Positions 44,574 through 54,104 of a stretch of 64,000 nucleotides of DNA are shown piece by piece. Within the stretch, counting starts at the first letter, position 1. Each line of letters starts with the position of its first letter. Where the stretch lies: positions 384,001-448,000 of the forward strand of contig CAVYTA010000007.1 of NCBI GenBank assembly GCA_963771355.1, read 5' to 3'. Under the pieces are notes generated by a model. It ran no database searches. It was not told the origin of the DNA and saw only the letters and a program-made list of their open reading frames with translations. Origin of the DNA: an uncultured Candidatus Rokubacteria bacterium (GTDB lineage: Bacteria; Methylomirabilota; Methylomirabilia; Rokubacteriales; CSP1-6). A program made the translations under genes and the position numbers.

Positions 44574-45589
44574 TCCGCGCTCCGTGCCGCTTCGGCGGCG
44601 CGCGTGTCGTGGAAGCCGCTCGGACGGCGCACGCGCTGGATGAGGCCCAGGATGCCTTCGGGCATGAAGAGGATGATGCCCATGAAGAGGAGACCGTAGA
44701 GGAGCATCCAGTGATCGGTGAGGGTGGAGAAGAGGTCGCGGAGGACGAGGAACACCGCCACGCCCAGCACGGGGCCGTAGAAGGAGGCGAAGCCCCCGCC
44801 GATCAGGCACATCAGCACCACGTTGCCCGACTGCTGCAGGCTCATGGGCTCGGCGAAGGCGCCGAAGCGCGCCAGCGTGTAGAGTCCCCCCGCCAGCCCG
44901 GCGAAGGCGGTCGACAGCGTGAACACCGCCCACTTGTAGCGCGGGGTGTCGTAGCCGAGCGCCCGCGCGCGCGACTCGCTCTGCTTGACGGCGCCGATCA
45001 CCTGGCCGAAGGGCGAGTGGACGATCCGCCAGAGGACGATCGTCGCCAGCACGAAGAAGACGTAGACGAAGTAGTAAAAGGGGAGATTGTCCCGCAGGGA
45101 GAGCGCGCCCCAGATCGGCAGGACCACCGGTCCCCGCTGGATGCCGGTGAGGCCATCCTCGCCGCCGGTCCAGGTGTCGAGGAAGAACACCATGAACCAG
45201 AACATGACCCCGAAGGCGATGGTGAGCAGCGAGAAGTAGATGCCGCGCCGCCGCGCGACGAAGAGCCCCACCAGCGCGCCGCAGAGGACCGTGCCCACGA
45301 TGCCGGCGACGAGCGGCGCCCACAGCCCCCCCACCAGCCACTTCTGCGTGGCCCCCAGGAAATAGCCCGCCATGCCGAAGAAGGCGCCGTGACCGAAGGC
45401 GGGGAGGCCCGTGTAGCCGAGGAGGAGGTTGTAGCCGAGCGCGAAGATCGCCCAGATCATCACCTCGGTGCCCAGATAGGTATAGCCGCCGATCCACGGC
45501 AGCAGCGCGGGCAGGACGGCGAAGAGCGCGAAGAGCCCCAGCATGGGCGGGGGCGCCCAGGATGCCAGGCGGGCGCGGGCGCCGGCCAT
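44570..45589 (-). CDS. livM: ABC permease (LivM-like)
   Basis: NLLLGYTG, TGGEDG, SPFG. Confidence 0.88.
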   Translation of the reverse strand: MAGARARLASWAPPPMLGLFALFAVLPALLPWIGGYTYLGTEVMIWAIFALGYNLLLGYTGLPAFGHGAFFGMAGYFLGATQKWLVGGLWAPLVAGIVGTVLCGALVGLFVARRRGIYFSLLTIAFGVMFWFMVFFLDTWTGGEDGLTGIQRGPVVLPIWGALSLRDNLPFYYFVYVFFVLATIVLWRIVHSPFGQVIGAVKQSESRARALGYDTPRYKWAVFTLSTAFAGLAGGLYTLARFGAFAEPMSLQQSGNVVLMCLIGGGFASFYGPVLGVAVFLVLRDLFSTLTDHWMLLYGLLFMGIILFMPEGILGLIQRVRRPSGFHDTRAAEAARSAE

Positions 45590-46806
45590 CAGCGCGTGTA
45601 CCGGCGGGCATACTGCGCGACGCAGGCCGCCTCGAGCGTGGCGGCGTCCTCGAGCCGCCCGCGGAAGCGCTCCACGCCCAGCGGCGCCAGATCCGGATCG
45701 CTGCGGCCGTCCACCACCAGGTCGGCGAGCGCGCGGCCCGCGGCCGGCGAGAGTCCGAGCCCGCCCACGCAGCACCCCGACGCCACGAAAAAGCCCTCGA
45801 GCCCGGCCACCGGCCCGAGCAGGGGCCGGCCGTCCGCGGTCATGGTGGGCAGCCCGCCCCGGTGAATGGCGATGCGCGCGGAGGCGAGCGCGGGGAAGTG
45901 CTCGGCGACCTCGTCCACCAGGGCGCGCAGCACGCCGAGATCGAGCGCGAGCTCGGCGATCTGGAAGGTGGGCGGCAGGGTGGCGGCGTCCACGACCCGG
46001 GGCGCATCCTCGTAACCCCCGAAGAGCAGGCCGCCCTGCTCGTGGCGGACGTAGACGCTGGCTTCGACGAGTCGCACGATGGGCTGCTGCGGCTCCACCC
46101 CCGCGATGGGCTCGGTGACGAAGAGCTGATGGCGCACCGGGACCAGCGGGATCCGCAGGCCCGCCTCCGCGGCCACGCGCGACGCCCAGGCGCCCGCCGC
46201 GTCCACCACCACCGGCGCACGAATGGCGCCACGCGGCGTCGTCACCCCCGCCACTCGCCCGCCTTCGCGCAGCAGGCTCTCCACGCGCGTGAAGGGCATC
46301 AGGCGCGCCCCCAGCTCGGCCGCGCGCGCGGCGAAGCCCACCGCCAGACGCGCGGGGTCGAGCCAGCCGTCGCCGGGCACGTGCAGGATGCTCCGGGCGG
46401 CACCGGCGCAGAAATGCGGCGCCAGGCGCTCGGCGTCGGTCGGGTCGATCAAGGTGGCCGCGATGCCGAGCCCCTGGGCGGTGGCCAGGCTCTCGCGTAC
46501 GCGCGCCTCCCCGGCGTCGGTATAGGCGGCGCGGAGGCTCCCCGACTGGTGAAAGCCGATCGAGCGGCCCATCTCCCGCTCGAAGGCGGCGAACGCGTCG
46601 CAGGCTTCCCGGCGAAGACGTGCCAGCACGGGCACGCGATCGGCCTGGCTGGTGAGGCCGGCCGCCCGCGGCGAGGTCTGCGAGCCCAGCGCGTGCTGAT
46701 CCACCAGGACGGGCTTCATCCCGCGCCGGGCCAGGTGATAGGCGGTGCTGGACCCGAAGGCGCCCGAGCCGATGACGATGGCGTCCGCGGAAGCGGTGTC
46801 CGGCAC
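45589..46806 (-). CDS. FAD-dependent amine oxidoreductase (DadA/SoxB/GcvT-N family)
   Basis: IGSGAFG, TSPRAAG, VVDAAGAWA, TADGRPLLG. Confidence 0.88.
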   Translation of the reverse strand: MPDTASADAIVIGSGAFGSSTAYHLARRGMKPVLVDQHALGSQTSPRAAGLTSQADRVPVLARLRREACDAFAAFEREMGRSIGFHQSGSLRAAYTDAGEARVRESLATAQGLGIAATLIDPTDAERLAPHFCAGAARSILHVPGDGWLDPARLAVGFAARAAELGARLMPFTRVESLLREGGRVAGVTTPRGAIRAPVVVDAAGAWASRVAAEAGLRIPLVPVRHQLFVTEPIAGVEPQQPIVRLVEASVYVRHEQGGLLFGGYEDAPRVVDAATLPPTFQIAELALDLGVLRALVDEVAEHFPALASARIAIHRGGLPTMTADGRPLLGPVAGLEGFFVASGCCVGGLGLSPAAGRALADLVVDGRSDPDLAPLGVERFRGRLEDAATLEAACVAQYARRYTR

Positions 46807-46808
46807 GC

Positions 46809-47684
46809 TCAGAGCTCCAGCATGCTCTTCTGCCCCGCCAGCCCGCGCGGGCGGAGAAGCAGGATGGCGGTCATGAGGAGGTACATGACCATGATGGAGC
46901 CGCGCGGGATGACGAGGTTCGAGAGCCCGCTGACGAGGCCGACCAGGAGGCCGCCCACCACCGCGCCCCAGAAGGAGCCGATGCCGCCGATCACCACCAC
47001 GATGAAGGCCGGCATCACCGCCTCCGCGCCGATGGTGGGCTTGAGGCTCCACATGGGCGCGGCCACCACGCCGGCCACCCCGGCCAGTGCGGTGCCGAGC
47101 GCGAAGACCAGATTGCGCATGCGGGTGAGGTTGATGCCCAGCGCGCGGACCATCTCGCCGTCGTGCGCGCCCGCCTTGATGATGGCGCCGTAGGGGGTCT
47201 TCTCGATGAACCACCACACCAGGGCCAGCAGCGTCACGGCCACCACCGCCACCAGCACGCGGTACTTGGAATAGTAGAGGAAGCCCAGGTGAAACGGTCC
47301 CGCCGCGAAGGCGGGGGCGGAGACGGTGTAGCCGCGCGGTCCCCAGACGATGCGAATGACCTCTTCCAGGGCGAGCGCAGCACCGAAGGTGAAGAGCAGG
47401 CCGAAGAGGGGATCCCGTCCATAGGTGCGGCGCACGCCGAGCTCGAGCACGAGCCCCACCAGCCCCACCAGCAGGGGCGCCAGGACGAGCGCGCCCAGCC
47501 AGCCCACCCACGGGCTCAACGCGAGGGCGAAGTAGCCGCCCAGCGCGAAGAGCACGCCGTGGCTGAAGTTGATGATCTCCATGGTGCCGAGGATGAGCAT
47601 GAAGCCCAGCGCGATCACCGCGTAGAGGAGTCCGAGGACGACTCCGTTCAGCAGGTGCGTCGCCACCTCGGCCAGATCGGGCAC
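46809..47684 (-). CDS. livH: ABC permease (LivH-like)
   Basis: LLNGVVLG, INFSHG, VVIGGIGS. Confidence 0.88.
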   Translation of the reverse strand: MPDLAEVATHLLNGVVLGLLYAVIALGFMLILGTMEIINFSHGVLFALGGYFALALSPWVGWLGALVLAPLLVGLVGLVLELGVRRTYGRDPLFGLLFTFGAALALEEVIRIVWGPRGYTVSAPAFAAGPFHLGFLYYSKYRVLVAVVAVTLLALVWWFIEKTPYGAIIKAGAHDGEMVRALGINLTRMRNLVFALGTALAGVAGVVAAPMWSLKPTIGAEAVMPAFIVVVIGGIGSFWGAVVGGLLVGLVSGLSNLVIPRGSIMVMYLLMTAILLLRPRGLAGQKSMLEL

Positions 47685-47748
47685 GTCAGGGCGCCGCCGC
47701 GGGCGCGAGGAGCGAGGAAGGCGGCTGAATGGATGAAGATCCAAAGAT

Positions 47749-47823
47749 GCCGGAGGGGGGCGGGGGCGCGCTCGCGGCGAATGCTGTACTGAGCAAGCGA
47801 GTGCGCCCCCGCCCCCCTCCGGC
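47749..47823. repeat. Long intergenic hairpin, copy 1 of a conserved-core element
   Basis: 27-bp stem around the 21-nt loop GGCGAATGCTGTACTGAGCAA. Confidence 0.85.
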
Positions 47824-47835
47824 CACCATATGGGT

Positions 47836-49131
47836 CTATCCTCCGTAGACGGGAGTATCCGCGATCGACTGCATCTTGCACTTGGACTGCGCCTGCGGCG
47901 GCGCCGCCTGCTCGGGCGCGATGTCCGCGATCATCTCGATCATGTCCCACTTCTCCTTCATCTGGTCCTCGCGCTTGGTGCGGGCGAGCGAGATCATCTG
48001 GCCCACCAGGTGGTCCCAGGGCCGGATGGTGGACGGGTGCTTGCGGAAGTTGTCGCGGATCACATGGCCCTCGAGCGCCTTGATCACCTCGTGGTTCCGA
48101 GTGGTGCCCGCCCGCTCGATGGCGCGCAGCATCTCGCGCATGGCGAGGTAGCCGTTGGAGGAGACGTTGTCGGGCACCGGGATGGGCGCCGACGCCCAGC
48201 GCTTGCGGAAGCGGTCCACGAACTCCTTGGAGCCGGGGCCGTCGACGGTGTAGTGCCAGGTGGTGCAGAAGTGGCCGAAGGCCTTCTTGGGGCCCAGCGC
48301 CACCAGGTCCGGGAAGTCCTGCTGCGGGAACACCCAGTGCGCGTCCTTGTCGGCGCCGAACTCGTAGGCCTGCTCGCGGAGGGCGGTCTGCTCGATTCCC
48401 GCCACGTTGGCCATGACCACCTGCGGCTTGGCATTCCGGATGCGCAGGAGCTGGGCGGAGAAATCGCGCGTGCCCTGGGGGATGAGGAGCTCGCCCAGCT
48501 CCTCCGCCCCCACCTTCTTCATGCTCTCGCGGGAGGCCGCGGTCGCGTTCTTGCCCCACACGTAGTCATGGGTGAGGAGGAACCACCGGGTGCCGAGGTT
48601 CTTGACCACCAGCGGTCCCAGCGCATTGGCGAACATCCAGTTGTTGGCGTCCCAGACGAAGTTGGTGCGCTGGCACTTCTCGTTGGTCACGGTGTCGGCG
48701 CTGGAGTTGCTGTTGAAGTAGATGATTCCGTAGCGCTGGGCGAGGTCACTCAGCGGCGCCGCCACGCCGCTGCTCAGCGCGCCGATCATGAAGTCGATAC
48801 GGTCCCGCTCGATGAGGCGCTGGGCCTTGCGCACCGCCACCGAGGCGTCGGTCTCGGTGTCCTCCCACCTGTACTCGATGGGCCGCCCCAGCACGCCGCC
48901 CCGGGCGTTCTGCTCCTCGATGGCGAGGATCATGCCGCGGCGGTCGGCCTGGCCGCTGTCCGCGAAGGTGCCGGTGGCGTCGCAGGTCAGCCCGATCAGG
49001 ATCGCTTTCTTGCCTTGCGCGCGCGCCCGGCGCCAGGGGCCGATGAAGCCCACGCCGGCGCCGAGGGCCGCCGCGCCCTTGAGGATGTTCCGCCGCGTGA
49101 TCCGGGTGCCGTCTCCGAGGTGTCGCTCCAT
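47836..49131 (-). CDS. ABC solute-binding protein (LivK-like, Tat signal)
   Basis: TRRNIL Tat motif, GGVLGRPIE, DYVWG. Confidence 0.9.
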   Translation of the reverse strand: MERHLGDGTRITRRNILKGAAALGAGVGFIGPWRRARAQGKKAILIGLTCDATGTFADSGQADRRGMILAIEEQNARGGVLGRPIEYRWEDTETDASVAVRKAQRLIERDRIDFMIGALSSGVAAPLSDLAQRYGIIYFNSNSSADTVTNEKCQRTNFVWDANNWMFANALGPLVVKNLGTRWFLLTHDYVWGKNATAASRESMKKVGAEELGELLIPQGTRDFSAQLLRIRNAKPQVVMANVAGIEQTALREQAYEFGADKDAHWVFPQQDFPDLVALGPKKAFGHFCTTWHYTVDGPGSKEFVDRFRKRWASAPIPVPDNVSSNGYLAMREMLRAIERAGTTRNHEVIKALEGHVIRDNFRKHPSTIRPWDHLVGQMISLARTKREDQMKEKWDMIEMIADIAPEQAAPPQAQSKCKMQSIADTPVYGG

Positions 49132-49156
49132 CGCGTGCCTCCTGGGTTGGGGTGGG

Positions 49157-49894
49157 TCAGGTGGTCTCGGCGAGGCGTCCCATCGCCTGCATCCGGTGGT
49201 GCTCGATGGCGCGCGCGGCGCGGTCGGCGTCGCCGTCCTCCAGCGCGCGCAGGATCTGTTCGTGCTCGGCCAGCGACTCGCGGGCGAACCCGCCCCGCCG
49301 GGCGTGCATGATGACGCGGTAGTACTCGCCGCGGTCCCAGACGTTCTGCAGCGTCTGGACCACCTGGCGGAGACCCGATGCCTCCCAGAGGAGGCGGTGG
49401 AACTGGCTGTCCGCCGCCACCGCGCGGGCGGCGTCCCCGGCGGCCCGCCCCGCCGCCATCTCCTTCTGGAGCGCGCGGAGCCGGGTCAGCAGGGCGGGCG
49501 AGATGCGCGTCCGCGCTTCGCGCACGCACAGGGCTTCCAGGGCCGCCATCATGAGGAAGCGCTCGCGGAACTCGTCGGCGGACAGCCCCGTGACCACCAC
49601 GTCCTTGTGGGGCGTGATGCGGACGAAGCCATCGCTCTCGAGCCGCCGCAGCGCCTGCATCACCGGAATGCGGCTCACCCCGGCGGCGACGGCGATGGCG
49701 TTGGCCACGATGCGCTCACCCGGGGCGAGGCGGCCCTCCATGATGGCCTTGCGGATGTCGCGATAGGCCAGCCCCTCGAGCGTCTCGTGCCGCGCAAGGG
49801 AGGGGAGGAGCGTGGGCGGCGCGGCGCTCGTCATCACCGTGCGGGCGGGGCGGGGCTTCGCGTGCGCGGCCTTGCGCGGCGCGCGGGTTTTCAC
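49157..49894 (-). CDS. GntR/FCD-family regulator
   Basis: GVSRIPVMQALRRLESDG, FHRLL, EHEQILRAL. Confidence 0.9.
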   Translation of the reverse strand: MKTRAPRKAAHAKPRPARTVMTSAAPPTLLPSLARHETLEGLAYRDIRKAIMEGRLAPGERIVANAIAVAAGVSRIPVMQALRRLESDGFVRITPHKDVVVTGLSADEFRERFLMMAALEALCVREARTRISPALLTRLRALQKEMAAGRAAGDAARAVAADSQFHRLLWEASGLRQVVQTLQNVWDRGEYYRVIMHARRGGFARESLAEHEQILRALEDGDADRAARAIEHHRMQAMGRLAETT

Positions 49895-51645
49895 GCGAGC
49901 CGGAAGCCCCGCGCGGTCTCGGCGTCCTGCACGGGTCGGCAGCCCCGGAGGAAGTCGAAATCGACGCCCTCATCGGCCTGAAGCACGTGGTCGAGGAAGA
50001 GGCGGAGATAGCCGCCGGTGACGCCGTCCGGCCGCGGCCGCCACGCCGCCTTGCGCTGCGCCAGGTCCGCCTCGGGTACGAGGAGCGACAGACGGCGGTG
50101 CGGGACGTCCAGCTCGATCTCGTCGCCGTCGCGCACCAGGGCCAGCGGGCCGCCCACCGCGGATTCCGGCGCCACGTGGAGGATGACGGTGCCGTAGGAG
50201 GTGCCGCTCATCCGCGCGTCCGAGATCCGCACCATGTCCTTGACGCCGGCCTTGAGCAGGCGCGCCGGGATGGGAGCGGCGCCTGCCTCCGGCATGCCGG
50301 GACCGCCCTTGGGCCCCGACTGCTTGAGCACGAGCACGCTCGTCTCGTCGATGACGAGGTTCGGATCGTCGATGCGTCGCTCGAGATCCAGCGCGTCCTC
50401 GAACACCACCGCGCGGCCGCGATGGGTGAGGAGATGCGCGGAGGCGGCGGACTGCTTGAGGACCGCGCCGCCCGGACAGAGATTGCCGGTGAGGATGACG
50501 GTGCCGCCCTCGGGCGCGAGCGGCATCCCGAGCGGCCGGATCACGTCGGGGTTGTGGCAGACCGCGTCACGGACATTGTCGCCCAGCGTGCGCCCGTTCA
50601 CGCCTCGCGCGCGATCGTGCAGCAGCGGGAGGAGCTCCTTGAGCACCGCCGGGAGCCCGCCCGCATAGTAGAAGTCCTCCATCAGGTACTTGCCGGACGG
50701 GCGCACGTTGACGAGGAGCGGCGTCGAGCGAGACAGGTCGTCGAAGCGCTGGAGCGGCAGGGAAACCCCCACGCGTCCGGCCAGCGCCACCAGGTGCACG
50801 ATGGCGTTGGTGGAGCCGCCGACGGCCATGTCGGTGCGGATGGCGTTATCGAAGGCGGCCGCGGTGAGGATCTCGGAGGGCTTGGGGCCGCGGGCCCGCG
50901 CCATCTCCACCGCGAGCCGGCCGCTCTCCTCGGCCAGGACCAGGCGCCGCGAGTCGGCGGCGGGGATGGCGGCGTTGCCGGGCAGCGCCATGCCGAGCGT
51001 CTCCGCCATCGCCGCCATGGTGGAGGCCGTCCCCATGACCATGCAGTGGCCCGCGGAGCGCGAGAGGCAGCCTTCCACCTCGGCCATGGTCTCGTCCGTG
51101 ATCTCGCCCGCGCGCCGCTGCGCCCAGATCTTCCGCGCGTCGGTGCCGGAGCCGAGCGTCTGGCCGCCCCACATGCCGCGCAGCATGGGCCCGCCCGTCA
51201 CCATGATGGCGGGCACGTCGGCGGAGGCGGCTCCCATGAGCATGGCCGGCGTGGTCTTGTCACAGCCGGCCAGCAGCACGACGGCGTCGAGCGGATAGGC
51301 GCGGATGCACTCCTCCACGTCCATGGCCATGAGGTTGCGGAAGAGCATGGTGGTGGGCTTCATCAGGATCTCGCCCAGCGAGATCACCGGGAACTCGAGC
51401 GGGAAGCCGCCCGCGCTCCAGACGCCGCGCTTCACCGCCTCCGCCACCTGGCGGAGGTGGGCGTTGCAGTTGTTCAGCTCCGACCACGAGTTGCAGATGC
51501 CCACCACCGGGCGGCCGTCGAAGACGGCGTCCGAGAAGCCCTCCGCCTTGAGATACGAGCGGTGCATGAAGCCGTCGAGGTTCTTCGGCGCGAACCAGTT
51601 GCGGCTGCGGAGGGGGGGCGTGGCGGCGGGCGGGGTCGGCGGCAT
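49891..51645 (-). CDS. IlvD/Edd-family dehydratase (sugar-acid dehydratase-like)
   Basis: CNAHL, GCDKTT, CMVMGTASTM, GGSTN, DARMSGT. Confidence 0.93.
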   Translation of the reverse strand: MPPTPPAATPPLRSRNWFAPKNLDGFMHRSYLKAEGFSDAVFDGRPVVGICNSWSELNNCNAHLRQVAEAVKRGVWSAGGFPLEFPVISLGEILMKPTTMLFRNLMAMDVEECIRAYPLDAVVLLAGCDKTTPAMLMGAASADVPAIMVTGGPMLRGMWGGQTLGSGTDARKIWAQRRAGEITDETMAEVEGCLSRSAGHCMVMGTASTMAAMAETLGMALPGNAAIPAADSRRLVLAEESGRLAVEMARARGPKPSEILTAAAFDNAIRTDMAVGGSTNAIVHLVALAGRVGVSLPLQRFDDLSRSTPLLVNVRPSGKYLMEDFYYAGGLPAVLKELLPLLHDRARGVNGRTLGDNVRDAVCHNPDVIRPLGMPLAPEGGTVILTGNLCPGGAVLKQSAASAHLLTHRGRAVVFEDALDLERRIDDPNLVIDETSVLVLKQSGPKGGPGMPEAGAAPIPARLLKAGVKDMVRISDARMSGTSYGTVILHVAPESAVGGPLALVRDGDEIELDVPHRRLSLLVPEADLAQRKAAWRPRPDGVTGGYLRLFLDHVLQADEGVDFDFLRGCRPVQDAETARGFRLA

Positions 51646-51653
51646 GACGGGGA

Positions 51654-51669
51654 TTGTATACAATATACG
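51654..51669. promoter_or_regulatory. Probable GntR operator overlapping the dehydratase promoter
   Basis: Palindrome TTGTATACAA plus an adjacent TATAC half-site; AT-rich patch 8 nt from the ATG. Confidence 0.7.
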
Positions 51670-51687
51670 ACCGGGGTCTTGTCAAGG

Positions 51688-51772
51688 GGCCAGAGCGCAG
51701 CCGGGGGCGCGGCGCTCGCTTGCTCAGTACAGCATTCGCCGCGAACGCCGCGCCCCCGGCTGCGCTCTGGCC
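51688..51772. repeat. Long intergenic hairpin, copy 2 (inverted) of the conserved-core element
   Basis: 32-bp stem with one mismatch around TTGCTCAGTACAGCATTCGCC, the reverse complement of the copy 1 loop. Confidence 0.85.
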
Positions 51773-51778
51773 GCCAGC

Positions 51779-53050
51779 CTACACGGTCTGCGCGATCGGG
51801 GAGCCCGCCGGTAGCTCCGCCTCGCGCCAGTCGGCGCCGCGCGGCAGTACGGCCTCGGCGGCGGCGAGCGTCGCGTACGTGGGCTCGATGCCGCGCGGGG
51901 TGCCACCCTCACTGACGACGCTCACCGCCTCCAGCAGCAGGCGGCGCGCCTGGATGATCGCGCGGTCCGCGGGGCCGAGGTGCTCGCGGCTGCGATCGAC
52001 GATCGAGCCCATGCCCTCCTGGATGGCGCGGTCCTGCACGTTGATGCCGTCGATGCCGGTGAAGCTCTCGGTCTTCTGGACCTGCCGGTCGAGCAGGTAA
52101 TTGTTCCGGCGATTGCGGATCGCGCGGAACGTCGTCTGATCGACGTCGAGCGGCCCGTTGCCGAGCCGCCGCTCGAGCCGGTCCTCTGCGGTGAGGGGCG
52201 CGGTGCCGCTGTACTCCCAGTTGTAGACCATGGTGTTCTCGTCGTCGATCGGAACCCACATGTGACCGGCCACCAGCGGCACGCCGCTCTCCGAGCGCGA
52301 GGGACGGATCTGGTGGAACGGCAAGATGAAGTGATAGGTCCGCACATGGAAGCTCGCCTCGTCGAGGGGCCGGACGCCCGCGTAGCGGTAGCCGTAGTCG
52401 GTGATGTCGACCTCGAGCGTCGGCGCCTTCCCGCGCACGAAGGGGTTGTCGGGCTTGAAGCCTGGCCGCGTGGTGTTGGTAGTGAGCAGCCGGTGCAGGA
52501 TGGGCGCGTGCGAGGTGTCGATGCCGCCCTCCAAGCCCTGCAGCCAGTTGCTCTCCTGGATCACCTTCGACACTTGGATGTGCGTCGCCGGGATACGCGT
52601 CCACGCGAAGGCCGGCGGCGCCGGCTTCCGCTCGGGCGGCCCCATGTAGACCCAGACCACGCTCCCCACCTCCACCGTGGGGTAGGAGGCGATGAAGACC
52701 TTGTCCTTGAACTGCCGCTCCTCGGGCTCGTTCATCATGTCCACGCAACGGCCGTCCACGTCGTATTTCCAGCCGTGGTAGACGCAGCGCAGTCCGCACT
52801 CTTCGTTGCGGCCGAAGAACAGCGAGGCCCGACGGTGCGGGCAGAACTCGTCGAGGAGTCCGACGCGGCCGCGCGTGTCGCGGAACGCGACGAGGTCCTC
52901 ACCCAGCAGCCGGACGCGGACGGGCGGACCATCTGGCTCCGGCAGCTCCCGCGCGAGCAGCGCGGGGATCCAGTACCGGCGCATCGTGGCGCCCATCGGC
53001 GTGCCCTGCCCGACCTCGGTCAGCCGCGCATTGTCCTCGCGTGACAGCAT
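51779..53050 (-). CDS. Rieske non-heme iron oxygenase, phthalate 4,5-dioxygenase-like alpha subunit
   Basis: CPHR...CVYHGW, EGGIDTSH-x4-H, QDRAIQEGMG. Confidence 0.92.
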   Translation of the reverse strand: MLSREDNARLTEVGQGTPMGATMRRYWIPALLARELPEPDGPPVRVRLLGEDLVAFRDTRGRVGLLDEFCPHRRASLFFGRNEECGLRCVYHGWKYDVDGRCVDMMNEPEERQFKDKVFIASYPTVEVGSVVWVYMGPPERKPAPPAFAWTRIPATHIQVSKVIQESNWLQGLEGGIDTSHAPILHRLLTTNTTRPGFKPDNPFVRGKAPTLEVDITDYGYRYAGVRPLDEASFHVRTYHFILPFHQIRPSRSESGVPLVAGHMWVPIDDENTMVYNWEYSGTAPLTAEDRLERRLGNGPLDVDQTTFRAIRNRRNNYLLDRQVQKTESFTGIDGINVQDRAIQEGMGSIVDRSREHLGPADRAIIQARRLLLEAVSVVSEGGTPRGIEPTYATLAAAEAVLPRGADWREAELPAGSPIAQTV

Positions 53051-53188
53051 GCTCGATCCTCCGTGACGGCGTCGCCGCCGGGCGGATGCGGTGAGCTCCC
53101 GACCGTTTGCGGGCAGTCTACCACCGAGCCGGATATCGGGCCCTTGCCTTCCAGGAAGGTGTTGTGTAACCTCGCGTAGTAGCGTCAC

Positions 53189-53266
53189 GGGCTCGTGGTG
53201 CAGCCTGGTTAGCACACTGGACTGTCAATCCAGAGGTCGCGGGTTCAATTCCCGTCGAGCCCGCCA
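53189..53266 (+). tRNA. tRNA-Asp(GTC)
   Basis: GGGCTCG/CGAGCCC acceptor, CTGGA-CTGTCAA-TCCAG anticodon arm, encoded CCA. Confidence 0.97.
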
Positions 53267-53285
53267 TTCAATCAAGTGGTTAGGA

Positions 53286-53314
53286 GGGGGCGACTCGGTC
53301 GCCCCCTTCACTTT
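53286..53314 (+). terminator. Terminator-like hairpin after tRNA-Asp
   Basis: AGGGGGCGAC-TCG-GTCGCCCCCT then TCACTTT. Confidence 0.65.
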
Positions 53315-53402
53315 GTCCGAAAACCGTCCGAATCATGTTCCGGGACCGGGATGAATCTGCAGGACGGTTCGGTGCTGTTCAGCGCGAATCAAACGCGGAA
53401 GC

Positions 53403-53822
53403 TTACGGCTTGTCTCCGATGATCGCCCTTGCGGCCAAAGCGGTGACTATCCCGTACGGCAGATTTACCAGCAGCAGATAAACCGTGAACATCGGCCCGC
53501 CCTGCCGAAGCCCGAAATACCCCGCACCGCTCATCGGCAGGAAAATCAGAAACAGCGCCAGCACCGGCGCGAGGAAGTAGAGAAGGCCGAAAAGGTACAG
53601 GTGCATCCAAGCGGCATTTATCAAGATCCCAAACGGGATTCCCCACAGCCCGCCCCAGAAGAGCGGCTTATATATATCCGGCGATTTGAGTGAGACCGGC
53701 GCCATGACGCCGAGTTTCTGGCTAAGCCCCAACGCGAACAGGACGTGGCTGAAGAGGACTACGGCCAGTGCGCCTATGACTCCCGCCGCGAAGCAGATTG
53801 CCACCCGCTGTAGGACGTTCAT
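53403..53822 (-). CDS. Four-TM membrane protein, lower GC
   Basis: Hydrophobic ORF, WGGLWG motif. Confidence 0.75.
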   Translation of the reverse strand: MNVLQRVAICFAAGVIGALAVVLFSHVLFALGLSQKLGVMAPVSLKSPDIYKPLFWGGLWGIPFGILINAAWMHLYLFGLLYFLAPVLALFLIFLPMSGAGYFGLRQGGPMFTVYLLLVNLPYGIVTALAARAIIGDKP

Positions 53823-54104
53823 GACGACAACCCCTTTCAATTGAGAAGATTTGAAGTGCGTCACGTCCATCGCTGTGAGTTGCGTAGCGAGCTACCTGGT
53901 GCCCGGTATGTTAGGCCCGGTTGATAGCGAGATCCAGGCACAGCAAAGACGCCTGGCTAACTCGCCGGATCGCTAGACTCACTCGGTCCGATCAGTCCCT
54001 GGGCCGGTGCTTTTCTCGTCCGTTCGGATTAGTATGAGGATATGTGTGGACCGGGCAGCTCACCTGGCGCAGTGCTGAGCGCCTCTTCCTCGGGAGGTCC
54101 CTTC

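Noticed and set aside
53880..53960. c-di-GMP-I riboswitch (GGGCCTAA...GGTAGC on the minus strand)
   Set aside because: The P1 elements GGCAAA, GAAA tetraloop and GACGCAAA are missing
53905..53965. Integron attC site (GTTAGGC / GGCTAAC)
   Set aside because: Boxes are in the wrong order for attC, with no L boxes, second cassette or integron integrase
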